From Candidatus Nanohaloarchaea archaeon (lineage in GTDB: Archaea > EX4484-52 > GLR71), in contig JAUVES010000001.1 in the NCBI GenBank assembly GCA_030594675.1, forward strand, positions 1 through 49,721: DNA of 49,721 nt. Direction: 5' to 3'. The notes beneath the pieces were generated by a model. The model was given only the letters and a program-made list of their open reading frames with translations, was not told where the DNA came from and made no database searches. Positions 32,590 to 41,791 of the stretch are shown piece by piece. The position numbers and the translations under genes were made by a program. Numbering within the stretch: the first letter of the stretch is position 1; each line of letters starts with the position of its first letter.

Positions 32590-33024
32590 TTAGGTTAAAT
32601 TAAATCCAAAAGATCTCTGAATTTCCTTAAATCCTACCCTGCGTCCAAGTTCCATTACTCTCTCATGTCGAGTCTCAAAAATAATAGAATCACACTGCTG
32701 CTTAGTGGCAAAATTTCTTAAAAATACATAATCACTATCCCATTCTGCTGCATCAACTTTTTCTAATGAATATAATATTTGAATTTGGAGAGACTTTCTA
32801 GCAGTAACTTTATGAATCTGCATTCTCGTGACCATCAGAGTTACTAACACTCGTCTATCATTTAAGCGAACAAAACATTGAGCAGTATCGCTTAAAAGTG
32901 CTTGAAGAAGTTCATTGAGATAAACTTGTCGAAATTCCTTAGCTACTTCGTCTGCAGTCACTGCACAGAATTTAATACTCTCCCAAAAAACAGGAATTTG
33001 TACAGGCAATATTTTAACTATCAT
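32590..33024 (-). CDS. Hypothetical 144-aa protein
   Basis: AAAGGAG precedes the ATG; directly downstream of M10. Confidence 0.6.
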   Translation of the reverse strand: MIVKILPVQIPVFWESIKFCAVTADEVAKEFRQVYLNELLQALLSDTAQCFVRLNDRRVLVTLMVTRMQIHKVTARKSLQIQILYSLEKVDAAEWDSDYVFLRNFATKQQCDSIIFETRHERVMELGRRVGFKEIQRSFGFNLT

Positions 33025-33033
33025 CGTTAACTC

Positions 33034-33056
33034 CTTTATTCGGAAATTGAACGTAG
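33034..33056. promoter_or_regulatory. 23-bp quasi-palindromic element M10 (one half degenerate)
   Basis: CTTTATTCGGAAATTGAACGTAG. Overlaps the stop of 33036..34253 and lies 9 nt upstream of ATG 33024. Confidence 0.65.
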
Positions 33057-34253
33057 CGTGTGTTCAGTGTAAGAATAGCCATGCACAAAACCGTTTATTT
33101 TTAAATAGTCAAGTTCAAAATATTCATAAGTCGAAACTCTAAGTTTAAATCGAAACTCCAATCCATAACAAGTCATATGAGCGACACCTTCAAGTGTAAC
33201 TGGATGCCAACCGATATTAGAAAAAGCAACTTTGTTACTAACTCGAAAATCTATCGAGGCTTCCATATTTCCGGTCAGATCTGTACCAACCTCAATCGAA
33301 CGAATAGTTTTAAACTTTCTTGTACCCATGTCGTAGATGTCAGTACAAATCTCAAATGTCGGAATATCAACAGTTGCAGGAGATGTTATGTAAAGATTGC
33401 CATTCTTCGAACCAATTCCTGTTACATTAACAGGGCCACTTCCAAGACTCTTGTCTACTGGAGAATACGCATAACCGACAGTTCCATCACAGATATAGAT
33501 AATATTATTCTCAACATCATAAGACATAACAAGATCTGACATAAGAGAAAAATATTCAGAGTAATCTAGAAGCATCAGAGTTTCTCCAAATTCCCACAGT
33601 TGACCTTTAGAATCTATAAAATAATGAATCTTATCAGTTCCAGTTGCTGCTTCAGGACTGTAAAGACCCAGCTTGCTAACTGTCTCAAGACCGTAATATT
33701 TATCAGCAGGCTTGAGAATTGAAACTCCATTCTCACCATAAGCAACAACTTTGTTTCCAAGTTTTCTAATATCATAAACCCAGCCGCTCCAATCAAGAGG
33801 ACGTTCTCCAGCTACATTAGCCCTTCCGATAGCAAAGTCTAAACTTCCAATATCAGACCACTTAACCCAATTTTTCTTAGCAACTTCAAGAAGAATATCA
33901 GCATCTTTAAAACTAGTTGCTACAATAATAGGAGCGGCATTCATAAGTGTGCCAACAATCCAATCTCCAGTTGGCAGCGTAGTGACTTCTATAGGATCTG
34001 CCCACAAACAGATATTAAACCACTCACCAGTCAAGGTCGCAGTGACTATTGGGATGTCAAGATTTTCATCATCTGCCTGGCAATCAAACTCTTGGTTGAG
34101 TGAATAATTAATCGGAGCATATGGAAATTGACTTCTGACTGCATAGAGACCTGTCGAGACTTCTATTGGAGTTCCAACTGCTATCCAGAATTCATCTGTA
34201 CCAAGAATTGCTGCAGTTGTTACAATTGGATCTGCCGTAATATCTATGGCCAT
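33036..34253 (-). CDS. Hypothetical virion (tail-associated?) protein, 405 aa
   Basis: GGAG precedes the ATG. Beta-rich, in the tail-gene region. Confidence 0.55.
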   Translation of the reverse strand: MAIDITADPIVTTAAILGTDEFWIAVGTPIEVSTGLYAVRSQFPYAPINYSLNQEFDCQADDENLDIPIVTATLTGEWFNICLWADPIEVTTLPTGDWIVGTLMNAAPIIVATSFKDADILLEVAKKNWVKWSDIGSLDFAIGRANVAGERPLDWSGWVYDIRKLGNKVVAYGENGVSILKPADKYYGLETVSKLGLYSPEAATGTDKIHYFIDSKGQLWEFGETLMLLDYSEYFSLMSDLVMSYDVENNIIYICDGTVGYAYSPVDKSLGSGPVNVTGIGSKNGNLYITSPATVDIPTFEICTDIYDMGTRKFKTIRSIEVGTDLTGNMEASIDFRVSNKVAFSNIGWHPVTLEGVAHMTCYGLEFRFKLRVSTYEYFELDYLKINGFVHGYSYTEHTLRSISE

Positions 34254-34255
34254 TT

Positions 34256-34714
34256 TTATCTCCTAGAATCCCAATCATCAAAGGCAAGTGTATATTTTTC
34301 TTCTATTTTCATATAGCCACAAGCTACAGTAGCTGTAACATTATTAACAGTTGTTAGTTCTATTTTAGCATCTTTCCAACCTTGCCATCTTCCTGCAAAG
34401 GGAATTGAAAGATTAACTGGAGCGTCACTTGTATTAGCAGTTAAGATATTTATAGTATTCACGCCATCAGTAAAACTAATTGTAACAGTTGATAATGCGA
34501 CCTTATCAGTCGTCAAAACAAGATCAGTTAAAAGTAAAGAACTCTTAGGTAATGGTTCAGCTACAGTAGAAGTTCCAGCAACTGTATGAGTAGTTGTTTT
34601 AAAAACACCCTCAAATGTATGAATAGGCTGAGTTATTAGAATAGGTTCTTCGTAAAGACCCCCAGTCCGATACTCTCGCTCATCTTTTATTGTAGCTAAT
34701 GCAACTTTTAACAT
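34256..34714 (-). CDS. Hypothetical virion protein (152 aa)
   Basis: GGAG precedes the ATG. Confidence 0.6.
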   Translation of the reverse strand: MLKVALATIKDEREYRTGGLYEEPILITQPIHTFEGVFKTTTHTVAGTSTVAEPLPKSSLLLTDLVLTTDKVALSTVTISFTDGVNTINILTANTSDAPVNLSIPFAGRWQGWKDAKIELTTVNNVTATVACGYMKIEEKYTLAFDDWDSRR

Positions 34715-34726
34715 TTAGTTCTCCTA

Positions 34727-35266
34727 CTATTCACATAAGAAAAGAAACGACAAGACAGCCTTAAGTGCTACTGCTCCAGTTACAGCATAAAGTGATAGTA
34801 TGGAATTCTTTGGCACTACTAAACTACTATCCCATCTGATCTTATTATAACTATTAGTACATTGGATTACATCTACGATATCTCCTCCAGAAAGTCCTGT
34901 TATATCTACTCCACTCTCACACGTAGCATCTGCAGTCTTCCCACTTCCAGCATTACGAGAGACAGGTGTAAGAGTTGCATGAGTACCACCAACAGTTCCA
35001 GTATCACCAAGTTTAACTTGAATACTTTCAGCAGACGCACTATAAAGAGAAATTGATCTCATAACAAGATTAAGAACATCTGTATTTTTAATATAAAAGA
35101 AGCAATCTCCAGCTCCAGTTGGTGTCAAGTCTATAATAGCACTATAAGCATGCCCGCAACTTACATTTGCATGGTGCTGAAGTGGCCGCATAACTGACGC
35201 AACATTTCCATAGCCTTCAGAATTTACTCCCATTCCTCGACTTGTACCTGGATCTCTAATAATCAT
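34727..35266 (-). CDS. Hypothetical virion protein (179 aa)
   Basis: GGAGG precedes the ATG. Confidence 0.6.
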   Translation of the reverse strand: MIIRDPGTSRGMGVNSEGYGNVASVMRPLQHHANVSCGHAYSAIIDLTPTGAGDCFFYIKNTDVLNLVMRSISLYSASAESIQVKLGDTGTVGGTHATLTPVSRNAGSGKTADATCESGVDITGLSGGDIVDVIQCTNSYNKIRWDSSLVVPKNSILSLYAVTGAVALKAVLSFLFLCE

Positions 35267-35447
35267 TTTTTATATCCTCCTGTTCTATTTCACTACTAGT
35301 TACTATTTCCATATGATGAGTTAGAACTTTTAATTGTACTAAGATCTCATTTAAAAGATCTCGAACTGTCTTCTCATGAACTTCAAGACCTTCTTCAATC
35401 ATATCATCAAAACGATAGACCTCAAGTGGATGCTGTGTACGACTCAT
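35256..35447 (-). CDS. Hypothetical 63-aa acidic protein
   Basis: ATGA overlap with the upstream gene. Confidence 0.5.
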   Translation of the reverse strand: MSRTQHPLEVYRFDDMIEEGLEVHEKTVRDLLNEILVQLKVLTHHMEIVTSSEIEQEDIKNDY

Positions 35448-35761
35448 GGATAAGCACTCCCAACCTGAAAACTGACATTTCCAGTATCTGAATATCCTAT
35501 AATAGATTGGTACTGAGCTACCGAAACCCCAGACCTTTCAATATTACCATTAGCTCTTAGAATCGTATCATACTCATTATATTCAGCAGCTTTTAAATCC
35601 TCTAAATTTCCGGCAGTTACCGCTAATCTAATATGCACATCAAAACTATTACGATTACAGATGCGAATGTTAACATTAAAAGCTCGGCCACCAGGCGCTT
35701 GATAAATAAGCGTATCTACACCTGCTTCAATATCAACAGCTGCTAAAAGTCCACTAGGCAT
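35444..35761 (-). CDS. Hypothetical small beta-sandwich-like virion protein (105 aa)
   Basis: GGGAGAAAGA precedes the ATG; directly downstream of M11. Confidence 0.6.
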   Translation of the reverse strand: MPSGLLAAVDIEAGVDTLIYQAPGGRAFNVNIRICNRNSFDVHIRLAVTAGNLEDLKAAEYNEYDTILRANGNIERSGVSVAQYQSIIGYSDTGNVSFQVGSAYP

Positions 35762-35770
35762 TCTTTCTCC

Positions 35771-35793
35771 CTTTGTTCAAAAATCGAACGTAG
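35771..35793. promoter_or_regulatory. 23-bp quasi-palindromic element M11
   Basis: CTTTGTTCAAAAATCGAACGTAG. Fills the gap between stop 35794 and ATG 35761. TATCAT lies 2 nt upstream on the minus strand. Confidence 0.8.
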
Positions 35794-36219
35794 TTATGAT
35801 AAGCGAAACTCAATCGAGGATATCGTGGCCGTACCTCCGTCCGCCTGTGTTTGATCTCCACCGAAGTCTATATAGCCTACTATCGGATCATCAGCTGCTG
35901 TGTCATCATAGATAATAGCTCCAGGTGAAGGTCCAATACTTCCACCAGCTGCATTCCAAGTAGTATTATTCCACGTTACCTCAGTTCGATCATCAGTATC
36001 ATCTTCAACCACTCCTACGCCAGCCAAAGTATTTCCACCTGCAGTATAGCCGTTAGCAGTTGCCAGTTCATTGCCACTTATATCTGCATAACCATGATGT
36101 GTATCTTTATTAAACGTAAAGCCAGTTGCCATCAAAGCAATCTTAAACACATCATTTGCAAAGTCAATGACTTTTGTAGCAAGTAAATATTTGATCTTAT
36201 TCGAAGCTTCTGTTGCCAT
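35794..36219 (-). CDS. Hypothetical virion protein (141 aa)
   Basis: GGAG precedes the ATG. Confidence 0.6.
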   Translation of the reverse strand: MATEASNKIKYLLATKVIDFANDVFKIALMATGFTFNKDTHHGYADISGNELATANGYTAGGNTLAGVGVVEDDTDDRTEVTWNNTTWNAAGGSIGPSPGAIIYDDTAADDPIVGYIDFGGDQTQADGGTATISSIEFRLS

Positions 36220-36237
36220 TAGTTTTCTCCTTCTTAT

Positions 36238-36753
36238 TTATATTCTAAGTGCCATTGTATGATACTGCCCACAAACTACAAATTTCCAAAAATCTGTACC
36301 TCTGTCAGGAATGGACTGAGTTATGACATCAAATTCATTTCTATCTGTTCCAACCCCACTACTGCTTATTGCCAGTTGTCCAGTAGAGTTTCTTCCAGTA
36401 CTTCTAAGATTCGCAACCTTTACGCCAAGTGAGTGAGAATAGCCACCGCTAAAAGTTGGCAAGTCATAATGAGTAATAGTTTTCCAACCACTAGAAATCT
36501 CTGTAAAAACATTAACATTAATATTATCTGCCAAACCTAGTTGTCCATAATCATTCTCACCAGCTCCATAAAGCCTGCCGTTTGTCTTTACTGCCAGCGT
36601 AAACTCGGCTCCACATTCTACGTTAAGCCAATCAGCATCACTGCCAACCTGAGTCCAGACAAGTCTATGTACGTTGTCGCCTAAGCCAAGTTGCCCCTCG
36701 TCATTCCTTCCCGTTGTCCAAAGTGTTCCGTCAGACCTGACGGCTGCAGAATG
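36238..36753 (-). CDS. In-frame continuation of the RCC1-repeat gene after TGA 36756-36754 (171 codons, 3 more RCC1 blades): readthrough extension or truncated gene remnant
   Basis: Same frame as 36754..38601 with no other stop. Translates HSAAVRSDGTLWTTGRNDEGQLGLGD...GAGENDYGQLGLAD...STGRNSTGQLAISS. There is no ATG or SD; the listed ORF starts at TTG 36534. Confidence 0.55.
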   Translation of the reverse strand, partial: HSAAVRSDGTLWTTGRNDEGQLGLGDNVHRLVWTQVGSDADWLNVECGAEFTLAVKTNGRLYGAGENDYGQLGLADNINVNVFTEISSGWKTITHYDLPTFSGGYSHSLGVKVANLRSTGRNSTGQLAISSSGVGTDRNEFDVITQSIPDRGTDFWKFVVCGQYHTMALRI

Positions 36754-38601
36754 TCAATTACCTAGCGAGCACTGTTTCCAACCAGTACCATCTGTCAAAG
36801 TATAAACATTCCTATCTACCTCATCACCAAGTCCAAGTCTTCCCTTTGTTGATCCACTATTTTGACCCACTCCGTACATAGTGCCATCAGTTTTAATAGC
36901 CAGAGAACTGTTACCACCAATAGCTAGAAAAGCCCAATCAGAATCTCCACCAGATTCTTGTACAAAATCATAAACAGTTGTTTCATCCCCAACTCCAAGT
37001 TGTCCATAATAATTATAACCAGTTGCCCAAATAGTACCATTCATTTTAAGCACTGCTGAATGTTGATAACCAGTCGCTACCATAGAACAGAGATCAGACA
37101 TAATTTCAGCCAAACTATAAAGTAACTGACTAGCTCCAGCTCCCTGAGCTAACTGACCAGTATTATTTCTACCGACTCCCCAGACAGTTCGATCTTCCTT
37201 AAGAGCAACTGTGTGTTCTTTATAAGTATCTACAGCTAACCACGTATGCTCATTACAAAGTGTCAGTTCCTCAACTATACTTTGATCTCCTATCCCAACC
37301 TGACCTCTGTAAGAATATCCAACTACATAAAGAATTCCATCTGCTTTCAATGCGAGATTATGATACCAGCCAGCAACCGTAGCAGAGAAAGATCCGGCAA
37401 CCTCATACAACGTTGTCCTAAAACCATCATAATCTCCAGAACCTAACTCTCCATAATAATTAGCTCCAGTGACCCAAGTTGCCTCAGATACTTTAATAAC
37501 AGTTGTAGTATTAACTCCACAATCTACAGAAGCCCAATCACTGTCTGAGCCAATCTGAGTAAAAGAATCGACACTGACAGTTGCCCCAAGACCTATCTGC
37601 CCCTTAGAATTATCACCAGTCCCCCACAAAGTTTCAGCTATTTTAATCGCCACTGTAAAGAAAGAGCCACAAGAAACTTTCTTCCATCCAGTCCCAACTA
37701 AGGTAAAAACCGTCTTATGATCGTAAGCAGTGAAGCCTAACTCTCCATAAGGATTGTAACCAGTCGTATAAAGACTTCCATCGTCTTTGATAATTGCTGA
37801 ATGAAGTTCTCCACAAGCACAACTAGCATGATCAACATCTACTCCAATTTGAGTAAAAGTATCAACACTTACAACTGCGCCCATACCAAGCTGACCAACA
37901 GAATTATCTCCAGATCCCCAAAGTGTCCCATCTGTCTTAATAATCAAAGCGTGATCAGGGCCACAATCAATACTTTCAAAATCAGCCAACGCAACTTGAG
38001 TAAAAGAAGTTCTCTGAGCAATATCTCCTAAACCTAACTGACCACTAGTATTCTTTCCTGTAGTCCAAATCTCTCCACCAGTATTAATAGCAAAGGTATA
38101 ATAAGCTCCACAATGAACACTTACCCAGTCAGTATCAGCACCAACCTGAGTTAAAACATACCTAGCATCTGTATCTCCTAATCCCAACTGTCCATTAGAA
38201 TTATAACCAGTTACCCACAGAGTTCCATCAGCCTTAACAGCTGCTGAGTGATAGAATCCAGCTGCCATAGAAGTCCAAATATCAACTGAAACAGGAGTAT
38301 AAAAGATAGTTCCAACTTGATAATCTTCTATCCCCAGTTGACTATATTCGTTAGCTCCACAAGCATAAAGATTCCCCTCAAAATCTTCAGAACTTCCTAC
38401 AGGTCCTTTAAACCAATAGCCACACCAAGGATAATGCTCAGGCGTAACAGGAGTCTTGCCAATCTTATCTGCAAAAAAGGCGTCTCCCCATACAGGATCT
38501 TCTCGACTACTAATCAGATTTCCCTCATTATAATAAGGTTTATCAGGTTGATCAGAGAAGTCCCAAGGACCTTCATCTTTATTATCATCTATCCACGACA
38601 T
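36754..38601 (-). CDS. RCC1-repeat (beta-propeller) virion protein, 615 aa up to an in-frame TGA
   Basis: Eleven G-x-N-x-x-GQLG(L)GD-type repeats, e.g. GYNSNGQLGLGD, GKNTSGQLGLGD. Confidence 0.85.
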   Translation of the reverse strand: MSWIDDNKDEGPWDFSDQPDKPYYNEGNLISSREDPVWGDAFFADKIGKTPVTPEHYPWCGYWFKGPVGSSEDFEGNLYACGANEYSQLGIEDYQVGTIFYTPVSVDIWTSMAAGFYHSAAVKADGTLWVTGYNSNGQLGLGDTDARYVLTQVGADTDWVSVHCGAYYTFAINTGGEIWTTGKNTSGQLGLGDIAQRTSFTQVALADFESIDCGPDHALIIKTDGTLWGSGDNSVGQLGMGAVVSVDTFTQIGVDVDHASCACGELHSAIIKDDGSLYTTGYNPYGELGFTAYDHKTVFTLVGTGWKKVSCGSFFTVAIKIAETLWGTGDNSKGQIGLGATVSVDSFTQIGSDSDWASVDCGVNTTTVIKVSEATWVTGANYYGELGSGDYDGFRTTLYEVAGSFSATVAGWYHNLALKADGILYVVGYSYRGQVGIGDQSIVEELTLCNEHTWLAVDTYKEHTVALKEDRTVWGVGRNNTGQLAQGAGASQLLYSLAEIMSDLCSMVATGYQHSAVLKMNGTIWATGYNYYGQLGVGDETTVYDFVQESGGDSDWAFLAIGGNSSLAIKTDGTMYGVGQNSGSTKGRLGLGDEVDRNVYTLTDGTGWKQCSLGN

Positions 38602-39153
38602 CTAAGTCCAATCTCCATGCTGAGTCACAGTTATAGGTATTACTTCGCCACCGAAAGCTACTCCGGTCGCACTAACAGTTACGTCAGGAGCTCCAACTAA
38701 AACTTGTCCATTAAAGTTACAAATAGCTCTTGCTGTTGGCAAATCAAACGTCTCACTATAAGCCTTGCTTCCAGCATCTCTGACAACAGCTACCCTTTGA
38801 TTACTCATATAAACGTAGTCAAAAAAATCAACTACTTTCCAGGCAAATCCAGCAGTTACAGTTAGCTTCAAAACTAACGAACTTCCATCCCATTCATAAA
38901 TCTTAGTCTGTCCACAGACAATAATAATATTAGTAAATACAAAAAGCTGAGGAAATGGAAAACCTTCATCAACGGAAGCATCAAGTCTCGTAAGTTCATC
39001 TAAAACCTGCAAAACTCCGTCTCTACCAACTGCACCAGAACAATTAACCATAAAGCCGCTATTACGAGGATCACGTTTAGATCTGCGAAGACCCTTTGAA
39101 ATCTGACTCGTTTTTATGACATGAGAAAATCTTCCACCACTGGAAACATCCAT
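38602..39153 (-). CDS. Hypothetical virion protein (183 aa)
   Basis: ORF tightly packed between neighbours in the late block. Confidence 0.6.
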   Translation of the reverse strand: MDVSSGGRFSHVIKTSQISKGLRRSKRDPRNSGFMVNCSGAVGRDGVLQVLDELTRLDASVDEGFPFPQLFVFTNIIIVCGQTKIYEWDGSSLVLKLTVTAGFAWKVVDFFDYVYMSNQRVAVVRDAGSKAYSETFDLPTARAICNFNGQVLVGAPDVTVSATGVAFGGEVIPITVTQHGDWT

Positions 39154-39527
39154 TACAAATCTCCATAAGAGTTAGAATTAGAATCTAGACCACCATCTAC
39201 ATTAGAAAAATCTCTATTAAATTTTGGAGAAATATCCTTGACATCCATCTTAACTATTGTAGAAATTCTTTTCTTAATCTCCGGTATAGACTTTTCCAAA
39301 ATCTCTTTATAATCAACTGTCGGATCTTGCCCTTCAATCATCTCGATCACTGAAACAACTGCATCTTTATGATCTTTAAACTCTGGATGATCTTTATAAA
39401 ACTTACTATTTATTTTAGTCATAGCCACATGATTAGTCATCATATTGCCAACAACTTCAGGAATCATCAAAAGAGCTTTTTCAACTGCCATATCTATAAT
39501 TTCCTGTTTTTCTTTTTCTGTAAGCAT
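39153..39527 (-). CDS. Hypothetical 124-aa protein
   Basis: ORF tightly packed in the late block. Confidence 0.6.
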   Translation of the reverse strand: MLTEKEKQEIIDMAVEKALLMIPEVVGNMMTNHVAMTKINSKFYKDHPEFKDHKDAVVSVIEMIEGQDPTVDYKEILEKSIPEIKKRISTIVKMDVKDISPKFNRDFSNVDGGLDSNSNSYGDL

Positions 39528-39529
39528 CT

Positions 39530-40243
39530 TTACCCCTTTATCTGATTAATGTCTGAGATCATCTCATCCACACTGTCTTTGTCAATTCCTTCAAGATCTG
39601 CATAAATAGCCTTAAGCCAGTTCGCTGCGTCATTATGATCTCTTTGAAACGTCGCCAGTTGGTGCATAGCAGCCTTAACAAGCGTCTCAGGCCAGTTCGA
39701 TGTCCAGTAGCTAGTAGAAGAATCTCGACTAAGATCTTCCGAATAAAACAATCCTTGGATTTCAACTACCACACTTTCGTCAGGAACTCCAAGAATAATA
39801 ATACCCCTCAACTCATTACTGCCATCTTCGGTATAATTAAAGAAAACTCCCAGATCATCTTGATCAATATTATCACTAGATCTCAATTTTGCAGGACAAT
39901 AATAAAGAGGAGTCCCCTGATCAGTCGTAGATACCAACCCTGAGTATTCCTCGTAAAGCCAGCTCATAGGCTTTTTTTCAAGTTCTGACCTACCCTCAGT
40001 GTTGTTAATCCAAACTTCTCTGATCGACCTACACTTAGAAAATGTCACATACCATTCTCCAGCAGCAAGTCTTGTAAATACTGAGTTATAACTTTTCGGA
40101 GTATCTCTCAGACGATCTAAGAAATTCTGTCCCGCTTGAATATAAAAATCTGCACCATTGTCTACCCAGTCAGTTTGATTAACAACCAGATCATAACGAC
40201 CTGAGATTTTTACAAATTGAGTTCTAAGTTCTAGGAGATTCAT
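39530..40243 (-). CDS. Hypothetical 237-aa protein, possible head-tail adaptor (position only)
   Basis: Second gene (after a 57-aa ORF) downstream of the capsid gene. Confidence 0.4.
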   Translation of the reverse strand: MNLLELRTQFVKISGRYDLVVNQTDWVDNGADFYIQAGQNFLDRLRDTPKSYNSVFTRLAAGEWYVTFSKCRSIREVWINNTEGRSELEKKPMSWLYEEYSGLVSTTDQGTPLYYCPAKLRSSDNIDQDDLGVFFNYTEDGSNELRGIIILGVPDESVVVEIQGLFYSEDLSRDSSTSYWTSNWPETLVKAAMHQLATFQRDHNDAANWLKAIYADLEGIDKDSVDEMISDINQIKG

Positions 40244-40397
40244 GAACAGATTCCTTTAATTTATATTGAACTATTTTAAAACCATTCCAATAACCTCGAC
40301 AAACTTTACGAGTATGAACTAATAAACGAATAAAATTAAAAAACTTATATCCCTTAGTTCGCTCAACTGGCCAGCCATATTTATCTAAAAATACCAT
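40224..40397 (-). CDS. Hypothetical basic 57-aa protein
   Basis: ATG 40397 lies 5 nt after the GGAG that ends M12. The listed TTG start would include the terminator hairpin. Confidence 0.45.
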   Translation of the reverse strand: MVFLDKYGWPVERTKGYKFFNFIRLLVHTRKVCRGYWNGFKIVQYKLKESVHESPRT

Positions 40398-40402
40398 ATT
40401 AT

Positions 40403-40425
40403 CTCCATTCAAAATTTGAACAGAG
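40403..40425. promoter_or_regulatory. 23-bp quasi-palindromic element M12 (one half degenerate)
   Basis: CTCCATTCAAAATTTGAACAGAG. Abuts the capsid terminator hairpin. Confidence 0.6.
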
Positions 40426-40451
40426 AGGCGGAACAATTAAGCTCCGCCTCT
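40424..40451 (-). terminator. Hairpin terminator after the major capsid gene
   Basis: AGAGGCGGA / TCCGCCTCT: 9-bp GC-rich stem, 10-nt loop, 20 nt after the capsid stop. The following U-tract is interrupted. Confidence 0.5.
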
Positions 40452-40471
40452 ATTTAAATTAAAACTTAATC

Positions 40472-41758
40472 CTAAGGAGTGCCATTGTCACTACCGAAGC
40501 CACTCAAGAATCCCGTTTTTGCATAGTGATGGAACTCTAACCCACACTCAGTCAGATACTCTTCATCAGTTCCATCAATACGATTTCTACCAGTGTTTTG
40601 CTTATCTGGATCAGCATAGAAAGTCGTATCGTCAATGTAGCGATAACGAAGATCAGCAGGATCAAAGATAACCATACAATTCCGGTTAGTTACCTCATAA
40701 GAGAACAACGGATGAATCTTAATATGGATAGTTCCAAAAGGAGTCACCCAGCTCTTTACCTGAATACCATAGTCCATTGTTGCCGAGGTAAAATCAAAAT
40801 TACCATACTCCTTAACCAGTTTGTTAATGGCAAGAACTACGCCCGAGCCAGCAAATGCCATTCGATCCTGAGAACCATAACGAAAAATAGTTTCAAGTTG
40901 AACATCAAGCCATTCCTCACCACTACTAAGCCACGAAGTGTCAGTAAAGTCAGTGTCAGTTGTAAAGTCACTAACATTACCACTGTTGTCAATAACAGTT
41001 CTGCAAAGACCCGCAGTCGTCCTTTCCGGCTTACCGTTGTCACCAGTACCCTCAGTTCTAATCCCCCACAGAAACGCCTTTTCCATCTCAACTGAATGAA
41101 GTTCCAACGCCTCACGTTTAGCTTCACGGTACTGATCGCCAGTACGCAGTTTGGTCTTACGAGCAGTTCGTGTAATACTCAGAGGAGTTCTGAAAATCTG
41201 AGTATAATTGTAATGCTTTGTAGGATCATATGCAACTGCCTGAGGCATAGTTCCACCTTCAGGATTGATTGAGCCGATGATAAGAATACGATCACAATCT
41301 GCAATACCTGTCGTAGTCGGATCAGCTTCCAAAAGCTTTACTGCAATATAACTGCTAGCCCCATTTAAGACAACACTAGTAACCTTAGCATTTGTATCAT
41401 CTGCAAAATTATCAGTATTTCTAAGCAGAACTTGATGACCAGTCCGAAACTCCTTGCAAGCAGCCTCAGTACCAATATTACAGTAAAGAGTATCTCCAGC
41501 AACTCCACCAGTTGTATATTCAGTAGTAGCAAGGGTTGCCAATTTCCACACACTTACAACTGTCGCAGCCTGGCCTGCTAGACTCTTTGTCCACCAGTTA
41601 AACTCAGGATCATCAACAGATTCATTTTTCATCATAGAAAGTATTGCAGTTAACGGAGCATCTCCGTTTGGATAAAGTTGCAATATTTTCTCTCTCCAAT
41701 TTTTAGGTCGCTGGTCAGTTACCCAGTCGCCATTACCTCTCATTCCGAGAAAAGCCAT
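40472..41758 (-). CDS. Major capsid protein (putative)
   Basis: 428 aa, GGGAG SD. Downstream of portal and scaffold-like genes and followed by a strong hairpin. Confidence 0.6.
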   Translation of the reverse strand: MAFLGMRGNGDWVTDQRPKNWREKILQLYPNGDAPLTAILSMMKNESVDDPEFNWWTKSLAGQAATVVSVWKLATLATTEYTTGGVAGDTLYCNIGTEAACKEFRTGHQVLLRNTDNFADDTNAKVTSVVLNGASSYIAVKLLEADPTTTGIADCDRILIIGSINPEGGTMPQAVAYDPTKHYNYTQIFRTPLSITRTARKTKLRTGDQYREAKREALELHSVEMEKAFLWGIRTEGTGDNGKPERTTAGLCRTVIDNSGNVSDFTTDTDFTDTSWLSSGEEWLDVQLETIFRYGSQDRMAFAGSGVVLAINKLVKEYGNFDFTSATMDYGIQVKSWVTPFGTIHIKIHPLFSYEVTNRNCMVIFDPADLRYRYIDDTTFYADPDKQNTGRNRIDGTDEEYLTECGLEFHHYAKTGFLSGFGSDNGTP

Positions 41759-41791
41759 TTTATATCTCCCTTCAAAAGTTAATTGTTAATT

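Noticed and set aside
38599-38604. TAG (38604-38602) immediately followed in frame by the ATG of the RCC1 gene. Similarly, TAA 48833-48831 is followed one codon later, in frame, by ATG 48827. Both were considered as further readthrough candidates
   Set aside because: The downstream ORFs have their own ATG. There is no domain or repeat continuity across these stops, and same-frame adjacency is expected by chance one time in three. Only the TGA at 36754-36756 interrupts a repeat unit.
3594-40436. N-terminal extensions of track ORFs: 3594..3644, 4129..4170, 4792..4887, 7363..7383, 8216..8257, 9016..9066, 12020..12040, 13204..13257, 15128..15157, 21570..21611, 22322..22339, 22860..22874, 24200..24331, 30293..30307, 31670..31744, 40398..40436, 46508..46525, 47481..47483
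   Set aside because: The longest-ORF starts (often TTG/GTG) fall inside promoters, repeat arms, the 23-bp element, hairpins or the upstream gene. An internal ATG with a good AGGAG-type SD at 5-10 nt is present in every case.
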